A stretch of DNA of 64,000 nt from an uncultured Gemmatimonadales bacterium (GCA_963851265.1 CAWKNZ010000002.1:1216001-1280000), one strand, 5' to 3'; positions 23,163 to 33,563 are shown, numbered from the stretch's first letter. A program made the numbers and translations. The notes: generated by a model not told the origin, from the sequence alone.

Positions 23163-24095
23163 CTACGCCGCTAGCTCGAGGGGCGCTCCGGTAATCCGGC
23201 GGAAGGCTTCAAGATAGCGCGCACTGGTCGCCGACACGACCTCGGGCGGTAGGTCCGGGCCGGGGGCCTCGCCGTTCCACCGCCCCGCCGCCTTCTCAGC
23301 GGCGAGCCAGTCGCGCAGCGGCTGCTTGTCGAAGCTCGGCGGGGCGCGGCCCGGCACGACCGCGTCGGCCGGCCAGAATCGTGAGCTGTCGGGCGTGAGC
23401 ACCTCGTCGACGAGGATGATTTCGTCGCCCGCGCGCCCGAACTCGAACTTCGTGTCGGCGATGACCAGGCCGCGCGCTGCCGCGTGCTCGCGCCCGAATT
23501 CGTACACGGCCCGGCTCGCGCGTTCGAGCGCTGCGGCGGTCGCGCCGCCGATCCGCTCGGCGACGACCGCCGGCGTGATGTTCTCGTCGTGCCCCGTTTC
23601 GGCCTTCGTCGCGGGGGAGAACAGCGCCGGCTCGAGGCGATCGCTCTCGCGGAGCCCACGCGCGAGCGGCTCGCCGGCGAGCGTTCCGCGCGCCGCGTAT
23701 TCCTTCCACGCCGATCCGGCGATGTACCCGCGCACCACGCACTCGACCGGAAACACCTCCGCGGCGCGGCCGAGCATCGCGCGCCCGCGCAACTCCGCCT
23801 CGCGCCCGGCGAGCGTCGGCACCGCGGCGACAATCTCCGCGGCGTCGGCCGCGAGCATGTGGTGCGCGACGACGCCGGCCGCGCCGAGCGCGCGCAGCCA
23901 CCACGCGGTCAACTGCGTGAGCACCGCGCCCTTGTGCGGGATCGCGTTGGGCATGACGACGTCGAACGCGCTGACCCGGTCCGACGCGACGAGCAGGACG
24001 CGGCCGTCCCCGGCGTCGTACACCTCGCGCACCTTCCCGCGTCGCAGCAGTGGAAGTGGAAGCGCGCTCTCGCGCATCGGCTCTCGTGCGGTCAT
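23163..24095 (-). CDS. purC: SAICAR synthase
   Basis: [47 protein letters not shown]. Confidence 0.96.
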   Translation of the reverse strand: MTAREPMRESALPLPLLRRGKVREVYDAGDGRVLLVASDRVSAFDVVMPNAIPHKGAVLTQLTAWWLRALGAAGVVAHHMLAADAAEIVAAVPTLAGREAELRGRAMLGRAAEVFPVECVVRGYIAGSAWKEYAARGTLAGEPLARGLRESDRLEPALFSPATKAETGHDENITPAVVAERIGGATAAALERASRAVYEFGREHAAARGLVIADTKFEFGRAGDEIILVDEVLTPDSSRFWPADAVVPGRAPPSFDKQPLRDWLAAEKAAGRWNGEAPGPDLPPEVVSATSARYLEAFRRITGAPLELAA

Positions 24096-25558
24096 ACGCG
24101 CACCTCGTCCGCCACGTCGTGTTCCGCTCCGGCCAGCAGCGGTTCGACGACCTCGGCGAGGAACTCATCGACCTGCTCGGGCGCGCGGCCGACGAACCGG
24201 CGCGGGTCGATCGCCGCACGCATGTCGTCGAGCGAGATGCCGAGCGCGGCGAACTCGGGGTCGGTCGCGAGCCGTTCGAGCAGGTCGTTGCGCTCGCTCT
24301 CGCCGTCCTTGAGCGCACGGGAGGCTTCGACGCTGTGGCGGCGAATCACCTCGTGCACCGCCTGACGATCGCCGCCCGCGCGAACCGCGCGAACGAGCAG
24401 TTCCTCGGTCGCCATGAACGGGAGTTCGTCCATGACGCGGCGCCGGATGCGCGCCGGATGCACTTCGAGCCCGCTCGCGACGTTTCCGTACAGGACGAGA
24501 ATCGCGTCCGTCGCGAGGAACGCCTCGGGGATCGCGAGGCGGCGGTTGGCCGAATCGTCGAGGGTGCGCTCGAAGTACTGGACGCTGTGCGTCGCGTTGG
24601 CGTTCGGCTCGATCGAGAGGACGAAACGCGCGAGCGCGTTGATCCGCTCGCTCCGCATCGGGTTGCGTTTGTACGCCATCGCGGACGAGCCGATCTGCTC
24701 CTTGCCGAACGGCTCCTCGACCTCGCCGAACGCCTGCAGCATGCGAAGATCGGACGCGAACTTGGCCGCGCTCGCCGCGAGGCCACTCACCACTCCGAGC
24801 ACCTGCGCGTCGAGCTTGCGCGAATAGGTCTGTCCCGACACTGGGATCGTTGTGGCAAACCCCATCTTTTCGGTGACCATCCGGTCGAGCGCTCGCACCT
24901 TCTCGTGGTCCCCGTCGAAGATGGCGAGGAAGCTCGCTTGCGTACCGGTGGTGCCCTTCACGCCCCGGAACGGGAGCGTTTCGATGCGCCGGTCGATCTC
25001 GGCTACGTCGAGCACGAGGTCCTGCATCCAGAGCGCCGCGCGCTTGCCGACGGTCACGAGCTGCGCGGGCTGCAGGTGCGTGTAGCCCAACGCGGGCTCC
25101 GCGCGCCAGCGCCGGGCGAACTCCGCGAGTGACGCGAGCACGCCGAGGGTCTTGCGGCGCAGCAGGTCGAGGCCGCGGCGCATCAACAGGAGATCGCCGT
25201 TGTCGGTGACGTAGCAACTAGTCGCACCGAGGTGGATGACGCGGCGCGCGGCCGGCGCTCGGTCGGCGAACGCGTGGACGTGCGCCATCACGTCGTGGCG
25301 GAAGCGCGCCTCGTACGCCGCGACCGCGGCGAAGTCGATGTCGTCGAGGTGCGCGCGCATCTCCGTGATCGCCTCGTCCGGGATGTCGACGCCGAGCGCG
25401 CGCTGCGATTCGGCGAGCGCGAGCCAGAGTCGACGCCAGAGCGCGTGCCGCTCCTGAGACGACCAGAGCGCGAGCATCGCGGGCGACGCGTAGCGCGCGC
25501 TTAACGGAGAGCTGTAGCGGGCGTGGGCTGCGTCGGGGGCGGTCTCGGGCGGCGTCAC
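24092..25558 (-). CDS. purB: Adenylosuccinate lyase
   Basis: [48 protein letters not shown] 25558 overlaps the htrA stop. Confidence 0.95.
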   Translation of the reverse strand: MTPPETAPDAAHARYSSPLSARYASPAMLALWSSQERHALWRRLWLALAESQRALGVDIPDEAITEMRAHLDDIDFAAVAAYEARFRHDVMAHVHAFADRAPAARRVIHLGATSCYVTDNGDLLLMRRGLDLLRRKTLGVLASLAEFARRWRAEPALGYTHLQPAQLVTVGKRAALWMQDLVLDVAEIDRRIETLPFRGVKGTTGTQASFLAIFDGDHEKVRALDRMVTEKMGFATTIPVSGQTYSRKLDAQVLGVVSGLAASAAKFASDLRMLQAFGEVEEPFGKEQIGSSAMAYKRNPMRSERINALARFVLSIEPNANATHSVQYFERTLDDSANRRLAIPEAFLATDAILVLYGNVASGLEVHPARIRRRVMDELPFMATEELLVRAVRAGGDRQAVHEVIRRHSVEASRALKDGESERNDLLERLATDPEFAALGISLDDMRAAIDPRRFVGRAPEQVDEFLAEVVEPLLAGAEHDVADEVRV

Positions 25559-27027
25559 TGGCGGATGAGGAAGTCGGTGAACGCGTAGCGGCCGCCGCGC
25601 TCGAACACGAGGCGGATCGGGCCGCGCCCCGCGTAGACGTCGAGCGCGCGCGCGACCTCGTCGGCGGTCTGCACGGGCGTGCGGTTCACCTGCACGATGA
25701 CGTCGCCCGGCTCGATGCCGAGGTCGGCGGTCACGCGCGATGATGTCTGAAACACGAGCGCGCCGGCGGTCGACTGCACGCGGCGCTCGGCGCGGATCGT
25801 GGGCGTGAGCGTGACCAGTTGCAGCTCGCGCAGCACGGTCACCTTCGGCGCGGAGACCTCGGGCACGTCGCTCGGCTGCAACGTCGCGGTGCGCTCGACG
25901 CCCGCCCGTCGGAGAACGACCGGGGCCGTTTCGCCCGGGCGCAATTCGAGCAGGGCGGCCTCCCAGTCGAACGGGTTGCGGAGCGCGCGCGTCCCGACGC
26001 GGCGCAGCTGATCGCCGGCGCGGATATCGGCGCGCGCGGCGGGCGAGCCCGGGGCGATCGAGCGGACGACGACGCCGATGGTGAGCAGGTCGCGCGGGTT
26101 GGACGTCGCGGGCGCGGCGAGCGTGAGGCCGACCCACGCGCGGCGGACCACGCCGTGCGCGAGCAGGTCCTCCGCGACGCGGCGCGCGCGATTGATCGGG
26201 ATCGCGAAGCCGAGACCCACCGACCCGCCGCTCGGCGTGTAGATCGAGCTGTTGACGCCGATGACCTCGCCGGCGCCGTCGACCAGCGGCCCGCCCGAGT
26301 TCCCCGGGTTGATGGCCGCGTCGGTCTGGAGCATGTCGACGTACACGCCGCCGCCCTCGACCACGCCGACGAGGTTGCGCCCGGTCGCGGAGATCACGCC
26401 CGCCGTCACGCTCGGCTCGGTGTTGCCGAGCACGAAGCCGTACGGGTTGCCGATCGCGACGGCCCATTCGCCAATCATGAGCTGGTCGGAGTCGCCGAGC
26501 GGCGCGACGGGGAGGCCGCGCGCGTCGATCTTGAGGACGGCGAGGTCGTTGGCCTCGTCGGCGCCGACCACGCGGGCCGTGTAGGTCGTACCGTCACGCA
26601 GCGCGACCGACACGCGCTGCGCGCCGCTGACGACGTGGGCGTTGGTCACGACGACTCCGTCGGCGCGCACGATGAATCCCGACCCGATTCCGGAGCGACG
26701 TTGCGCGCCGCCGGGCTGCTGGCCGAAGTAGTCGAACGGGTCGACGGGCCGTTGCTCGACCGATTCGGTCTGCACGGTGACCACCGCTGGGGCGATCCGG
26801 GCGACGGCCGTGACGATCGCCGTCCGACGGCCGGCGGTGATCTCCGCGTCGGCCGGCGCAACCGCCTGCGGCAGTCGTGCCGCCGCGGGCGTGCTGCTCG
26901 GTGCCGCGCCGCTCGCCTGCGCGTGCGAGTCCGACGGCGCGCCCTGGCACCCCACCGCGAGAAGCAGGGCGGCAGACGTCCACCGGCCTGCCGCGCGGCG
27001 CCGGCGGCGCGCGGCGCGGTCGCTCAC
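25555..27027 (-). CDS. HtrA/DegP-family serine protease, probable lipoprotein, two PDZ domains
   Basis: Arg-rich N-terminus then LLLAVGC lipobox-like site. Triad TNAHVV / DLAVLK / GNSGGP. GTG 27027 overlaps the upstream stop. Confidence 0.9.
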   Translation of the reverse strand: MSDRAARRRRRAAGRWTSAALLLAVGCQGAPSDSHAQASGAAPSSTPAAARLPQAVAPADAEITAGRRTAIVTAVARIAPAVVTVQTESVEQRPVDPFDYFGQQPGGAQRRSGIGSGFIVRADGVVVTNAHVVSGAQRVSVALRDGTTYTARVVGADEANDLAVLKIDARGLPVAPLGDSDQLMIGEWAVAIGNPYGFVLGNTEPSVTAGVISATGRNLVGVVEGGGVYVDMLQTDAAINPGNSGGPLVDGAGEVIGVNSSIYTPSGGSVGLGFAIPINRARRVAEDLLAHGVVRRAWVGLTLAAPATSNPRDLLTIGVVVRSIAPGSPAARADIRAGDQLRRVGTRALRNPFDWEAALLELRPGETAPVVLRRAGVERTATLQPSDVPEVSAPKVTVLRELQLVTLTPTIRAERRVQSTAGALVFQTSSRVTADLGIEPGDVIVQVNRTPVQTADEVARALDVYAGRGPIRLVFERGGRYAFTDFLIRQ

Positions 27028-27698
27028 GCCGGCGCGAGGCGCGGGCGTGGGCGCGCGCTGAGCTCTTTGAGCAGCCCGTCCACTCCGCGGTCCGTAAGCG
27101 GGTGCACGAGAAACGACCGCAGACTCGCGACGTCGAGGATCACGGCGTCCGCGCCGGCGAGGCCGCACGCCGTGAACGCGGCGGAGCTGTGCGGCAGCGC
27201 GGCGGCCACATCGCATTCGATGCCGCCGCGGTCGAACAGCTGGCGTACCTCGCGCACGACGGCGAGGCTGTCCTGCCCGAGCCCCTCGAGCTGGTCAACC
27301 GGGACGACCACCGTGGTCGCACCGGCTTTGGCCGCGAAGAGCGCCTGCGCCGCGCTGAACACGAGCGTCGCGGCGACCCGAACGCCTTCGCTCTGCAGCC
27401 GGCGGATCGCCGTGACCGCCTCGTCGACGAGGGGGACCTGCACGACGAGGTTGTCCGCCACGCGGGCGAGTTCGCGCCCGTCGCGGTGGATGTCGGCGAT
27501 GTCGACCGACGCGACGCCGGCGTGCACGGGGACCAGCACGCTCCGCGCGATCTCGCCGAGCAGTTCGCGGTGCGCCTGGGCGTCACCGGCACGCTCCTCC
27601 GCGAGGCGGGCCGGCGACGTCACGATCCCGTCGACGAGGCCGTGCTCGGTTGCCCAGCGGACGTCGGACGGAGAGGCGGAGGCGAGCAGGATCTTCAT
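27024..27698 (-). CDS. Transaldolase/FSA (TalC-like) fold protein, catalytic residues lost
   Basis: TLVFSAAQALFAAKAGA and HPLTDRG are TalC/FSA hallmarks. The Schiff-base Lys position reads Gln (NLVVQVP). Confidence 0.85.
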   Translation of the reverse strand: MKILLASASPSDVRWATEHGLVDGIVTSPARLAEERAGDAQAHRELLGEIARSVLVPVHAGVASVDIADIHRDGRELARVADNLVVQVPLVDEAVTAIRRLQSEGVRVAATLVFSAAQALFAAKAGATTVVVPVDQLEGLGQDSLAVVREVRQLFDRGGIECDVAAALPHSSAAFTACGLAGADAVILDVASLRSFLVHPLTDRGVDGLLKELSARPRPRLAPA

Positions 27699-28567
27699 GC
27701 GGCGTCGGCGAGCACGGTAGGGGGCGGAGCCGGGATGGCGCGTTCGGCGTCGACGCGCGCGGCGTCGGCGGGCGGGCCGTCCGCGTAGAGCGCGGCAGGA
27801 TAGCGAACCGCGTCGAGGTACAGCGCGTGCGGCGGTGCGGGCGGAGAAACGCCGCGATTGTCCGGCGCGTCGAGCAGGCGTCCGACGTCGTCGGCCCCGC
27901 GCCGGCCACTGGCGCAGTCGAGCATCGTGCCGACGAGGAATCGCACCATGTGGTGTAGAAATCGATTCGCCTCGACGGTGAACGCGAGCCCGCCGGCCCG
28001 CGTCGTCCAGGCGGCGACGTCCACGCGGCAGCGGTGATCGTCGGCCGCCGGCGCGGTGCCCTTCACCGCGTAGCCGCGGAAGCCGTGCTCGCCGAGGAGT
28101 GCGGCCGCCGCGCGCTCGAGCGTCGCGAGGTCGAGCGGCGTGCCGTACGCGTACTCCCGCCCGCGCCGAAATGGCGACGCGGCGGCGGCGTCGGTTCCGA
28201 CGAGATACGTGTACCGACGCGCGACGGCGCCGTAGCGGGCGTGGAAGGCGGGTCGCATCTCGTGCGCCTCGGCGACCCACACGTCACCGGGGAGCACCGC
28301 GTTGAGCGCGCGGCGGAGTGTCGCCGCCGACCAGCGCGCCGGAACGCGCACGCCGGCGGCCTGCCCGCGGGCATGCACGCCCGCGTCGGTGCGTCCGGCT
28401 CCGAGCACGGGCACGTGACGGCGCGTGAGGCGCTCGAGGGCGAGCTCCAGTACGCCCTGGACCGTGCGCGCCTCGCGCTGCCGCTGCCAGCCCGCGAACT
28501 GCGCGCCGTCATATTGCAGCACCAGCTGCAGTGAGCGCTCGGAGGCGTCGGTCGTGTCGAAGGCCAT
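27695..28567 (-). CDS. truA: tRNA pseudouridine(38-40) synthase
   Basis: YDGAQFAGWQRQ, AGRTDAGVHA, FHARY, FLHHMVR. Confidence 0.96.
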   Translation of the reverse strand: MAFDTTDASERSLQLVLQYDGAQFAGWQRQREARTVQGVLELALERLTRRHVPVLGAGRTDAGVHARGQAAGVRVPARWSAATLRRALNAVLPGDVWVAEAHEMRPAFHARYGAVARRYTYLVGTDAAAASPFRRGREYAYGTPLDLATLERAAAALLGEHGFRGYAVKGTAPAADDHRCRVDVAAWTTRAGGLAFTVEANRFLHHMVRFLVGTMLDCASGRRGADDVGRLLDAPDNRGVSPPAPPHALYLDAVRYPAALYADGPPADAARVDAERAIPAPPPTVLADAA

Positions 28568-28626
28568 CGCGGGCTGAAGCTAGCCGTGCCGGGAACGGGC
28601 GAGCAACTTACGCAGACCAGACGCCC

Positions 28627-30000
28627 ATGCCCGCACCCGCCCGTACGCTCGCCTCCCTCGCCCACGCGCTCGGCGCTGCCGCCGACGCGGACGCCGCGTT
28701 GCTCGCGTTCGCCGAGTCGATAGCCGAGCTGGACCGCGGCGCGCAGCCTGCCCTCTTCACCTACGACGGGCGTCGTCAGCTGCTCGTCTCGCGCCGCACG
28801 GTGGCGGAGGGGCGCGTGCTCGCGGCCGAGACCGAGGTCAGCCTCGAACACCTCCCCGCGGCCGCGCGTCAGCATCTGACGCTCGGCGGCCGCTTCACCG
28901 ATCTGGGTGACCGATCGCCGGAGTTCGCGCGGCTGTTCGGGATGGCCACGCCGCTCGACGGTTCGCTCGCGCTGCGCGGAATGCGGGCCGAGGGCCAGCT
29001 CGTCGCCGTGCTCGCACTGCGCGAACCCCGGCGCATGTTCGGCGCGCGCGTCGTCGAGCGCGCCGAGCCGGCCGCGGCACTGTTCGACCTCGCACTCGCC
29101 CGCTTCGCGGAGCGCGACGCGCGCGTCGAAGCGGTCGAGACGCTCGAGACGGTCACGCGTCGCGTGCACGGCGAGTACGTTCGCAAGTTGAATGGGCTCG
29201 AGAGCGAGCTGGCGGCGCTCCGCTCGGCCGGCGTGGACCCGCTCCGACGCCCTGCGCCGCCGGCCGAGCGCCTCGGCGCCGAGCGCGCCGTCGCGCAGGC
29301 GGCAGAGCAGGTGCGCCGGGCCGAGCGCCGGACCGAGCTGCTCGAACAGCAGCTCGCCGCGAGCGGAGGGCAGCTCGCGCAGGCGCAGCTCGAATCGCAC
29401 CGGCGCGGCGAGGCGCTGCGTCAGACCGAACGCACGCTCTACCTCCTCGACCGGGTGCTCGGGCTCGACGCGGCAGCGACCGACCCCCAGCAGCTCGCCG
29501 ACGGCCTGCTCGCGCTCGTCGGCGACGACATGCAGGCCCAACGTTGCTCGCTGGTCCTCCGCGCACCCGACCCGGGCTGGCTGTACCTCGCGGCGGCGCG
29601 GGGCGTGGCGCCGCACGTGCTCGACGGCGTCCGCATCCGCATGGGCGAAGGGGTCGCGGGACGCGTCGCGGCGGCACGCGAGCCGCTGCTCGTGCGCGAC
29701 GTGCGTGACGCGAGCGCGCACCCCCTGCTGCACGATCAGTATTTCACGATGGGCAGCTTCATCAGCTTTCCGCTCGTCTACCACGACGACCTCGTGGGCG
29801 TCGTGAATCTGACGAACCGGTCGTCGGCCACGTCCTACAGCGAGGACGACGTGGATCGCGTGCGCCTGCTCGCGCTCGTGATCGCGCTCGTGGCCACGCA
29901 CGCGCGGCTCCCCGAGCGCCTCGCCGCGGACAATCCCCGGCTCGCGTGGACGCCGGCGGGCGCCGGCGAGGCCGCGGCGGTGCCGGCGGTCGGCGTTTGA
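28627..30000 (+). CDS. GAF-domain protein (GAF-like, coiled coil, GAF) without output domain
   Basis: C-terminal GAF: RCSLVL...GEGVAGRVAAAREPLLVRD...SFISFPLV...VGVVNLTN. Central E/Q/R-rich helix. ATG 28627. Confidence 0.75.
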   Translation: MPAPARTLASLAHALGAAADADAALLAFAESIAELDRGAQPALFTYDGRRQLLVSRRTVAEGRVLAAETEVSLEHLPAAARQHLTLGGRFTDLGDRSPEFARLFGMATPLDGSLALRGMRAEGQLVAVLALREPRRMFGARVVERAEPAAALFDLALARFAERDARVEAVETLETVTRRVHGEYVRKLNGLESELAALRSAGVDPLRRPAPPAERLGAERAVAQAAEQVRRAERRTELLEQQLAASGGQLAQAQLESHRRGEALRQTERTLYLLDRVLGLDAAATDPQQLADGLLALVGDDMQAQRCSLVLRAPDPGWLYLAAARGVAPHVLDGVRIRMGEGVAGRVAAAREPLLVRDVRDASAHPLLHDQYFTMGSFISFPLVYHDDLVGVVNLTNRSSATSYSEDDVDRVRLLALVIALVATHARLPERLAADNPRLAWTPAGAGEAAAVPAVGV

Positions 30001-30040
30001 GGCGGGTCGGCGTGCGCGATCGCGCGACGGCGGGCGGCCG

Positions 30041-31150
30041 ATGAGCTCCGCGGCTGCGGTCGCGGGCGGCGCGCCCGCCGCGCCTCCGGACGCGCCGGCG
30101 GCCCCGCTCCGCGCGGCGCTGCGCGAGCTGGCCGCCGGTCGCGCGGTCCGACCGTCGGACGTCACCGACGCCTTCGAGGTCGTGATGCGCGGCGAGGCGA
30201 CGCCCGCCCAGATCGCCGCCCTGCTCATGGGGCTCCGGGTGAGGGGCGAGACTGCGCCGGAGATCGCCGCCGTCGCGCGCGCGCTGCGCGCCGTGATGGT
30301 TCGGTTGCCCGCGGACCGCCCGGAGGCGCTCGTCGACACGTGCGGCACGGGCGGTGGCGCGATCAGCACGTTCAACATCTCGACCGCCGCTGCACTGGTC
30401 GCCGCCGGGGCCGGCGTGCGCATCGCGAAACACGGGAACCGCTCGTTCACGTCCCGCTCGGGGAGCGCCGACGTGCTCGAAGCGTTAGGCGTACCCGTGG
30501 ATCCGACGGTGCCGGAAATGCAGCGCGCGCTCGCGTCGGCGGGCATCGCCTTCATGTACGCGCCGCGGATGCACCCCGCGATGCGGCATGTGGGCGCGGT
30601 GCGGCGGGAACTCGGCGTGCCGACGGTGATGAACGTCGTCGGCCCGCTCGCGAATCCGGCGATGGCTGGGCGTCAGGTGGTCGGCGTGGCCGATGCGCAC
30701 CGCGCGCCGCTCATCGCGGGCGCGCTCGCGGACCTCGGCGCCGTACACGCGCTCGTCGTGCACGGTGAGCCAGGTCTGGACGAGATCTCGCCACTCGGAC
30801 CGACGCACGTGTACGAGGTTCTCGCCGACGGCGGCGGAGGTGATCCCGCCGCGCGGCCGGTCGCGCGGGAGTGGACGATCAGGCCCGAGGCGCTCGGGCT
30901 CCGCGTGAACGACGCGTCGGACCTGGCCGGCGGCGAACCGGCAGAGAACGCCCGGGTCGTGCTCGACGTGCTCGGCGGCGGCGGGAGCGCGGGAGCGCGC
31001 GCCGCGGTGTTGCTCAACGCGGGCGCCGCGGTCTACGTGGCCGGACTCGACGCGACGTACGAAGCCGCCGTCGAGCGCGCACGGGCGGCGCTCGACGGCG
31101 GCTTGGGGTTACGAACGCTGGAGCGGCTGCGGGCGGCGTACGGCGCGTAA
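30041..31150 (+). CDS. trpD: Anthranilate phosphoribosyltransferase
   Basis: DTCGTGG, FNIST, KHGNRS, SGSADVLE, GPLANP, GLDEIS. Confidence 0.96.
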   Translation: MSSAAAVAGGAPAAPPDAPAAPLRAALRELAAGRAVRPSDVTDAFEVVMRGEATPAQIAALLMGLRVRGETAPEIAAVARALRAVMVRLPADRPEALVDTCGTGGGAISTFNISTAAALVAAGAGVRIAKHGNRSFTSRSGSADVLEALGVPVDPTVPEMQRALASAGIAFMYAPRMHPAMRHVGAVRRELGVPTVMNVVGPLANPAMAGRQVVGVADAHRAPLIAGALADLGAVHALVVHGEPGLDEISPLGPTHVYEVLADGGGGDPAARPVAREWTIRPEALGLRVNDASDLAGGEPAENARVVLDVLGGGGSAGARAAVLLNAGAAVYVAGLDATYEAAVERARAALDGGLGLRTLERLRAAYGA

Positions 31151-31180
31151 CCGCGACGGCGGCGCGCCCGCGCCGTGCTC

Positions 31181-31798
31181 TCAGAAGCGACGGAGCACCC
31201 CGACGACGACGCCCTGGATGCTGATGTCGTTCTCGTGCACGTAGATCGGCTCCATCGTCTCGTTCGCGGGCTGCAGGCGAATGCGGCCGTCGCGCTCGCG
31301 GTAGAACTTCTTCACGGTCGAGGACCCGCCCGCCGCGCCCTGGGTCATCGCGATCACCATCTCGCCGTTGTCGGCGCTGCGACGCTCGTTGACGACGACG
31401 AAATCGCCGTCGTGAATGTGCGCGTCGACCATCGACTGCCCGCGCACCTTGAGCACGTAGTGGGAGCCGCTCTTGCGAAGGAAGCTCTCCGGCACGGTCA
31501 TCGTCTCGCCTGAGGCCATCGACTCGATCGGCACGCCGGCCGCGACGGCGCCGAGCACCGGCAACTCGACCGCGCGCGGATAGACGTCCGTCTCGAGGAT
31601 CTCGATCGCGCGGCTCTCGTTGTAGCTCCGCTTGATGTAGCCCTTCCGCTCGAGGTTGCTCAGGTGTTCGTGGACCGTGGCCAGCGAGTTATAGTTGAAC
31701 GCCTCGGCGATTTCTTCGAAGCTCGGCGCGAAGCCGTTCGTCTGCGAGTAGCTGCCGAGGTAGTTGAGGATCTCGCGCTGGCGCTTCGTGAGCGGCAT
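31181..31798 (-). CDS. lexA: SOS repressor LexA
   Basis: LTKRQREIL...PSFEEI winged HTH, Ala-Gly cleavage site (VAAGVP), catalytic Ser (GQSM) and Lys (TVKK). ATG 31798. Confidence 0.95.
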   Translation of the reverse strand: MPLTKRQREILNYLGSYSQTNGFAPSFEEIAEAFNYNSLATVHEHLSNLERKGYIKRSYNESRAIEILETDVYPRAVELPVLGAVAAGVPIESMASGETMTVPESFLRKSGSHYVLKVRGQSMVDAHIHDGDFVVVNERRSADNGEMVIAMTQGAAGGSSTVKKFYRERDGRIRLQPANETMEPIYVHENDISIQGVVVGVLRRF

Positions 31799-31939
31799 GG
31801 GGGCTCCCGGGCCGAGCGGCCCGTCGGTCCGCGGCCCGAAGGTCGCGGTAGGTGCAGTCAGACCCGGCTCGGGGCGATCCGTCGCCGGCGGGGCAGGGCG
31901 AGGACGGAAGCCAGTGGATGGCGTGCGTCCGCGTGTCAC

Positions 31940-31985
31940 CCGAACAGTCGCCGAAAACGCTAGCCGAAGATCGGCCGAAGTGCAA
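31940..31985 (-). promoter_or_regulatory. lexA promoter TTGCAC-N17-TAGCGT with two TTCGG-N6-TTCGG direct repeats (candidate LexA operators)
   Basis: -35 at 31985-31980 and -10 at 31962-31957. CCGAA on + strand at 31940, 31951, 31964 and 31975. Confidence 0.7.
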
Positions 31986-31992
31986 GGAAGCC

Positions 31993-32901
31993 GTGGACGC
32001 AACGCGAGCAGCTGACATTCCGACCTCCTCCGCGCGCTCGGCGCGCTGGACGCCGCCCTCCGGGACGCTCGCCGCGCTGTGTGCGTCGGCGCGCGCGCAT
32101 GTGGACGCCATGCGCGACGTGGCGCACGCGCTCGAGGCCGCGGCCGCCGCGCGCGCGGCAGGGCCGAGCTTCGCGGGGGCGCTCCGCGGCGCACGCGTGG
32201 CGGTCATCGCCGAGATGAAGCGCGCGTCGCCGTCCAAGGGCGCGATCGCGACGGGGCTCGACGCGGGTACGCAGGCTGCGGCGTACGAGGCGGGCGGCGC
32301 CGCCGCGCTCTCCGTGCTCACGGAGCCGACGCGCTTCGGCGGTAGCATCACGGACCTCGACGCGGCGGCCGACGCGGTCGCGGGGCGTATCCCGCTCCTC
32401 CGCAAGGACTTCATCGTCGACCGGCTGCAGATCGTCGAAGCGAGGGCGCACGGCGCATCGGCGGTCCTGCTGATCGCGCGCGCGCTCGCACCGGACGAAC
32501 TGCGGGCGTTGGCCGGCGAGGCCGCCGCCCTCGGACTCGACGTCCTGGCCGAAGTACGTGACGAGTGGGAACTCGAGGCGGCCCTCGCGGCGGACGCGCG
32601 CGTGATCGGGGTGAACAACCGCGATCTCGAGACGCTCGCGATCGACCTCGCGACCGGCGAGCGGCTCGTCCCGCAGATTCCCGCCGACCGCATCGCGGTG
32701 TTCGAGAGCGGGATCGAGTCCGCGGCCGAGGTCGCACGTGCAGCGGCGGCCGGCGCCGACGCGGTGCTCGTCGGCTCGAGTGTGTCGCAGGCGGCCGACC
32801 CGCGCCGCGCGGTCGCGGCGCTCACCGGCGAGCTCACGCGGCGCGACCGGCGGCCCGTCGACGGCCGCGCGAGCGAGTTCGCGAGCGGCGGCCGCGCGTG
32901 A
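31993..32901 (+). CDS. trpC: Indole-3-glycerol phosphate synthase
   Basis: IAEMKRASPSKG, LSVLTE, LRKDFI, GVNNRDL, ESGI. GTG 31993 after AAGGAAG. Confidence 0.94.
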   Translation: MDATRAADIPTSSARSARWTPPSGTLAALCASARAHVDAMRDVAHALEAAAAARAAGPSFAGALRGARVAVIAEMKRASPSKGAIATGLDAGTQAAAYEAGGAAALSVLTEPTRFGGSITDLDAAADAVAGRIPLLRKDFIVDRLQIVEARAHGASAVLLIARALAPDELRALAGEAAALGLDVLAEVRDEWELEAALAADARVIGVNNRDLETLAIDLATGERLVPQIPADRIAVFESGIESAAEVARAAAAGADAVLVGSSVSQAADPRRAVAALTGELTRRDRRPVDGRASEFASGGRA

Positions 32902-33563
32902 CCCCGGCGATCAAATTCTGCGGGCTCACGCGCCCCGAGGACGTGCGGCACGCCGCGCGGCTCGGCGCCGCGTACGTCGGCTGCATCTTCGCTGGCGGGC
33001 CCCGGCTCGTCACCGCGGACCGCGCGCGCGCGATCACGGCGGGCGTGCAAGATGACGACACGCACGCACCGCGCGTGGTCGGGGTGATGGGCGCGATCGA
33101 CGCCCGCGCGGTGGCGAATCTCGCGCACGCGGCGGCGCTCGACGTCGTGCAGCTGCACGCCGATCCGGACGTCGCGGACGTCGCTGCCGTTCGGCGACAC
33201 TGGGCCGGCGAGGTCTGGGCCGTCGTGCGCGTCGCCGGGACCGACCTGCCCGAGCGCACCGCGGCGCTCTTCGACGCGGCCGACGCCGTGGTGCTCGACG
33301 CCCGCGTCGACGGCGGCATGCTCGGCGGGAACGGCGTCGCGCTCCCGTGGGCCGCGCTCGCGGACGCGCTCGCGCCGGTCCGCGGTCGGGTCCCGCTCGT
33401 GCTCGCGGGTGGGCTCCGGCCAGAGAACGTTGCTGCGGCCGTCGCCGCGCTCGCGCCCGACGTTCTCGACGTGTCGTCGGGCGTGGAATCCGCGCCCGGT
33501 ATGAAGGACCACACGCGCATGACCGCGTTCGCCGCGGCCGCGCGACCACTCGCCGTCACATGA
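32898..33563 (+). CDS. trpF: Phosphoribosylanthranilate isomerase
   Basis: [28 protein letters not shown]. Confidence 0.94.
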   Translation: MTPAIKFCGLTRPEDVRHAARLGAAYVGCIFAGGPRLVTADRARAITAGVQDDDTHAPRVVGVMGAIDARAVANLAHAAALDVVQLHADPDVADVAAVRRHWAGEVWAVVRVAGTDLPERTAALFDAADAVVLDARVDGGMLGGNGVALPWAALADALAPVRGRVPLVLAGGLRPENVAAAVAALAPDVLDVSSGVESAPGMKDHTRMTAFAAAARPLAVT

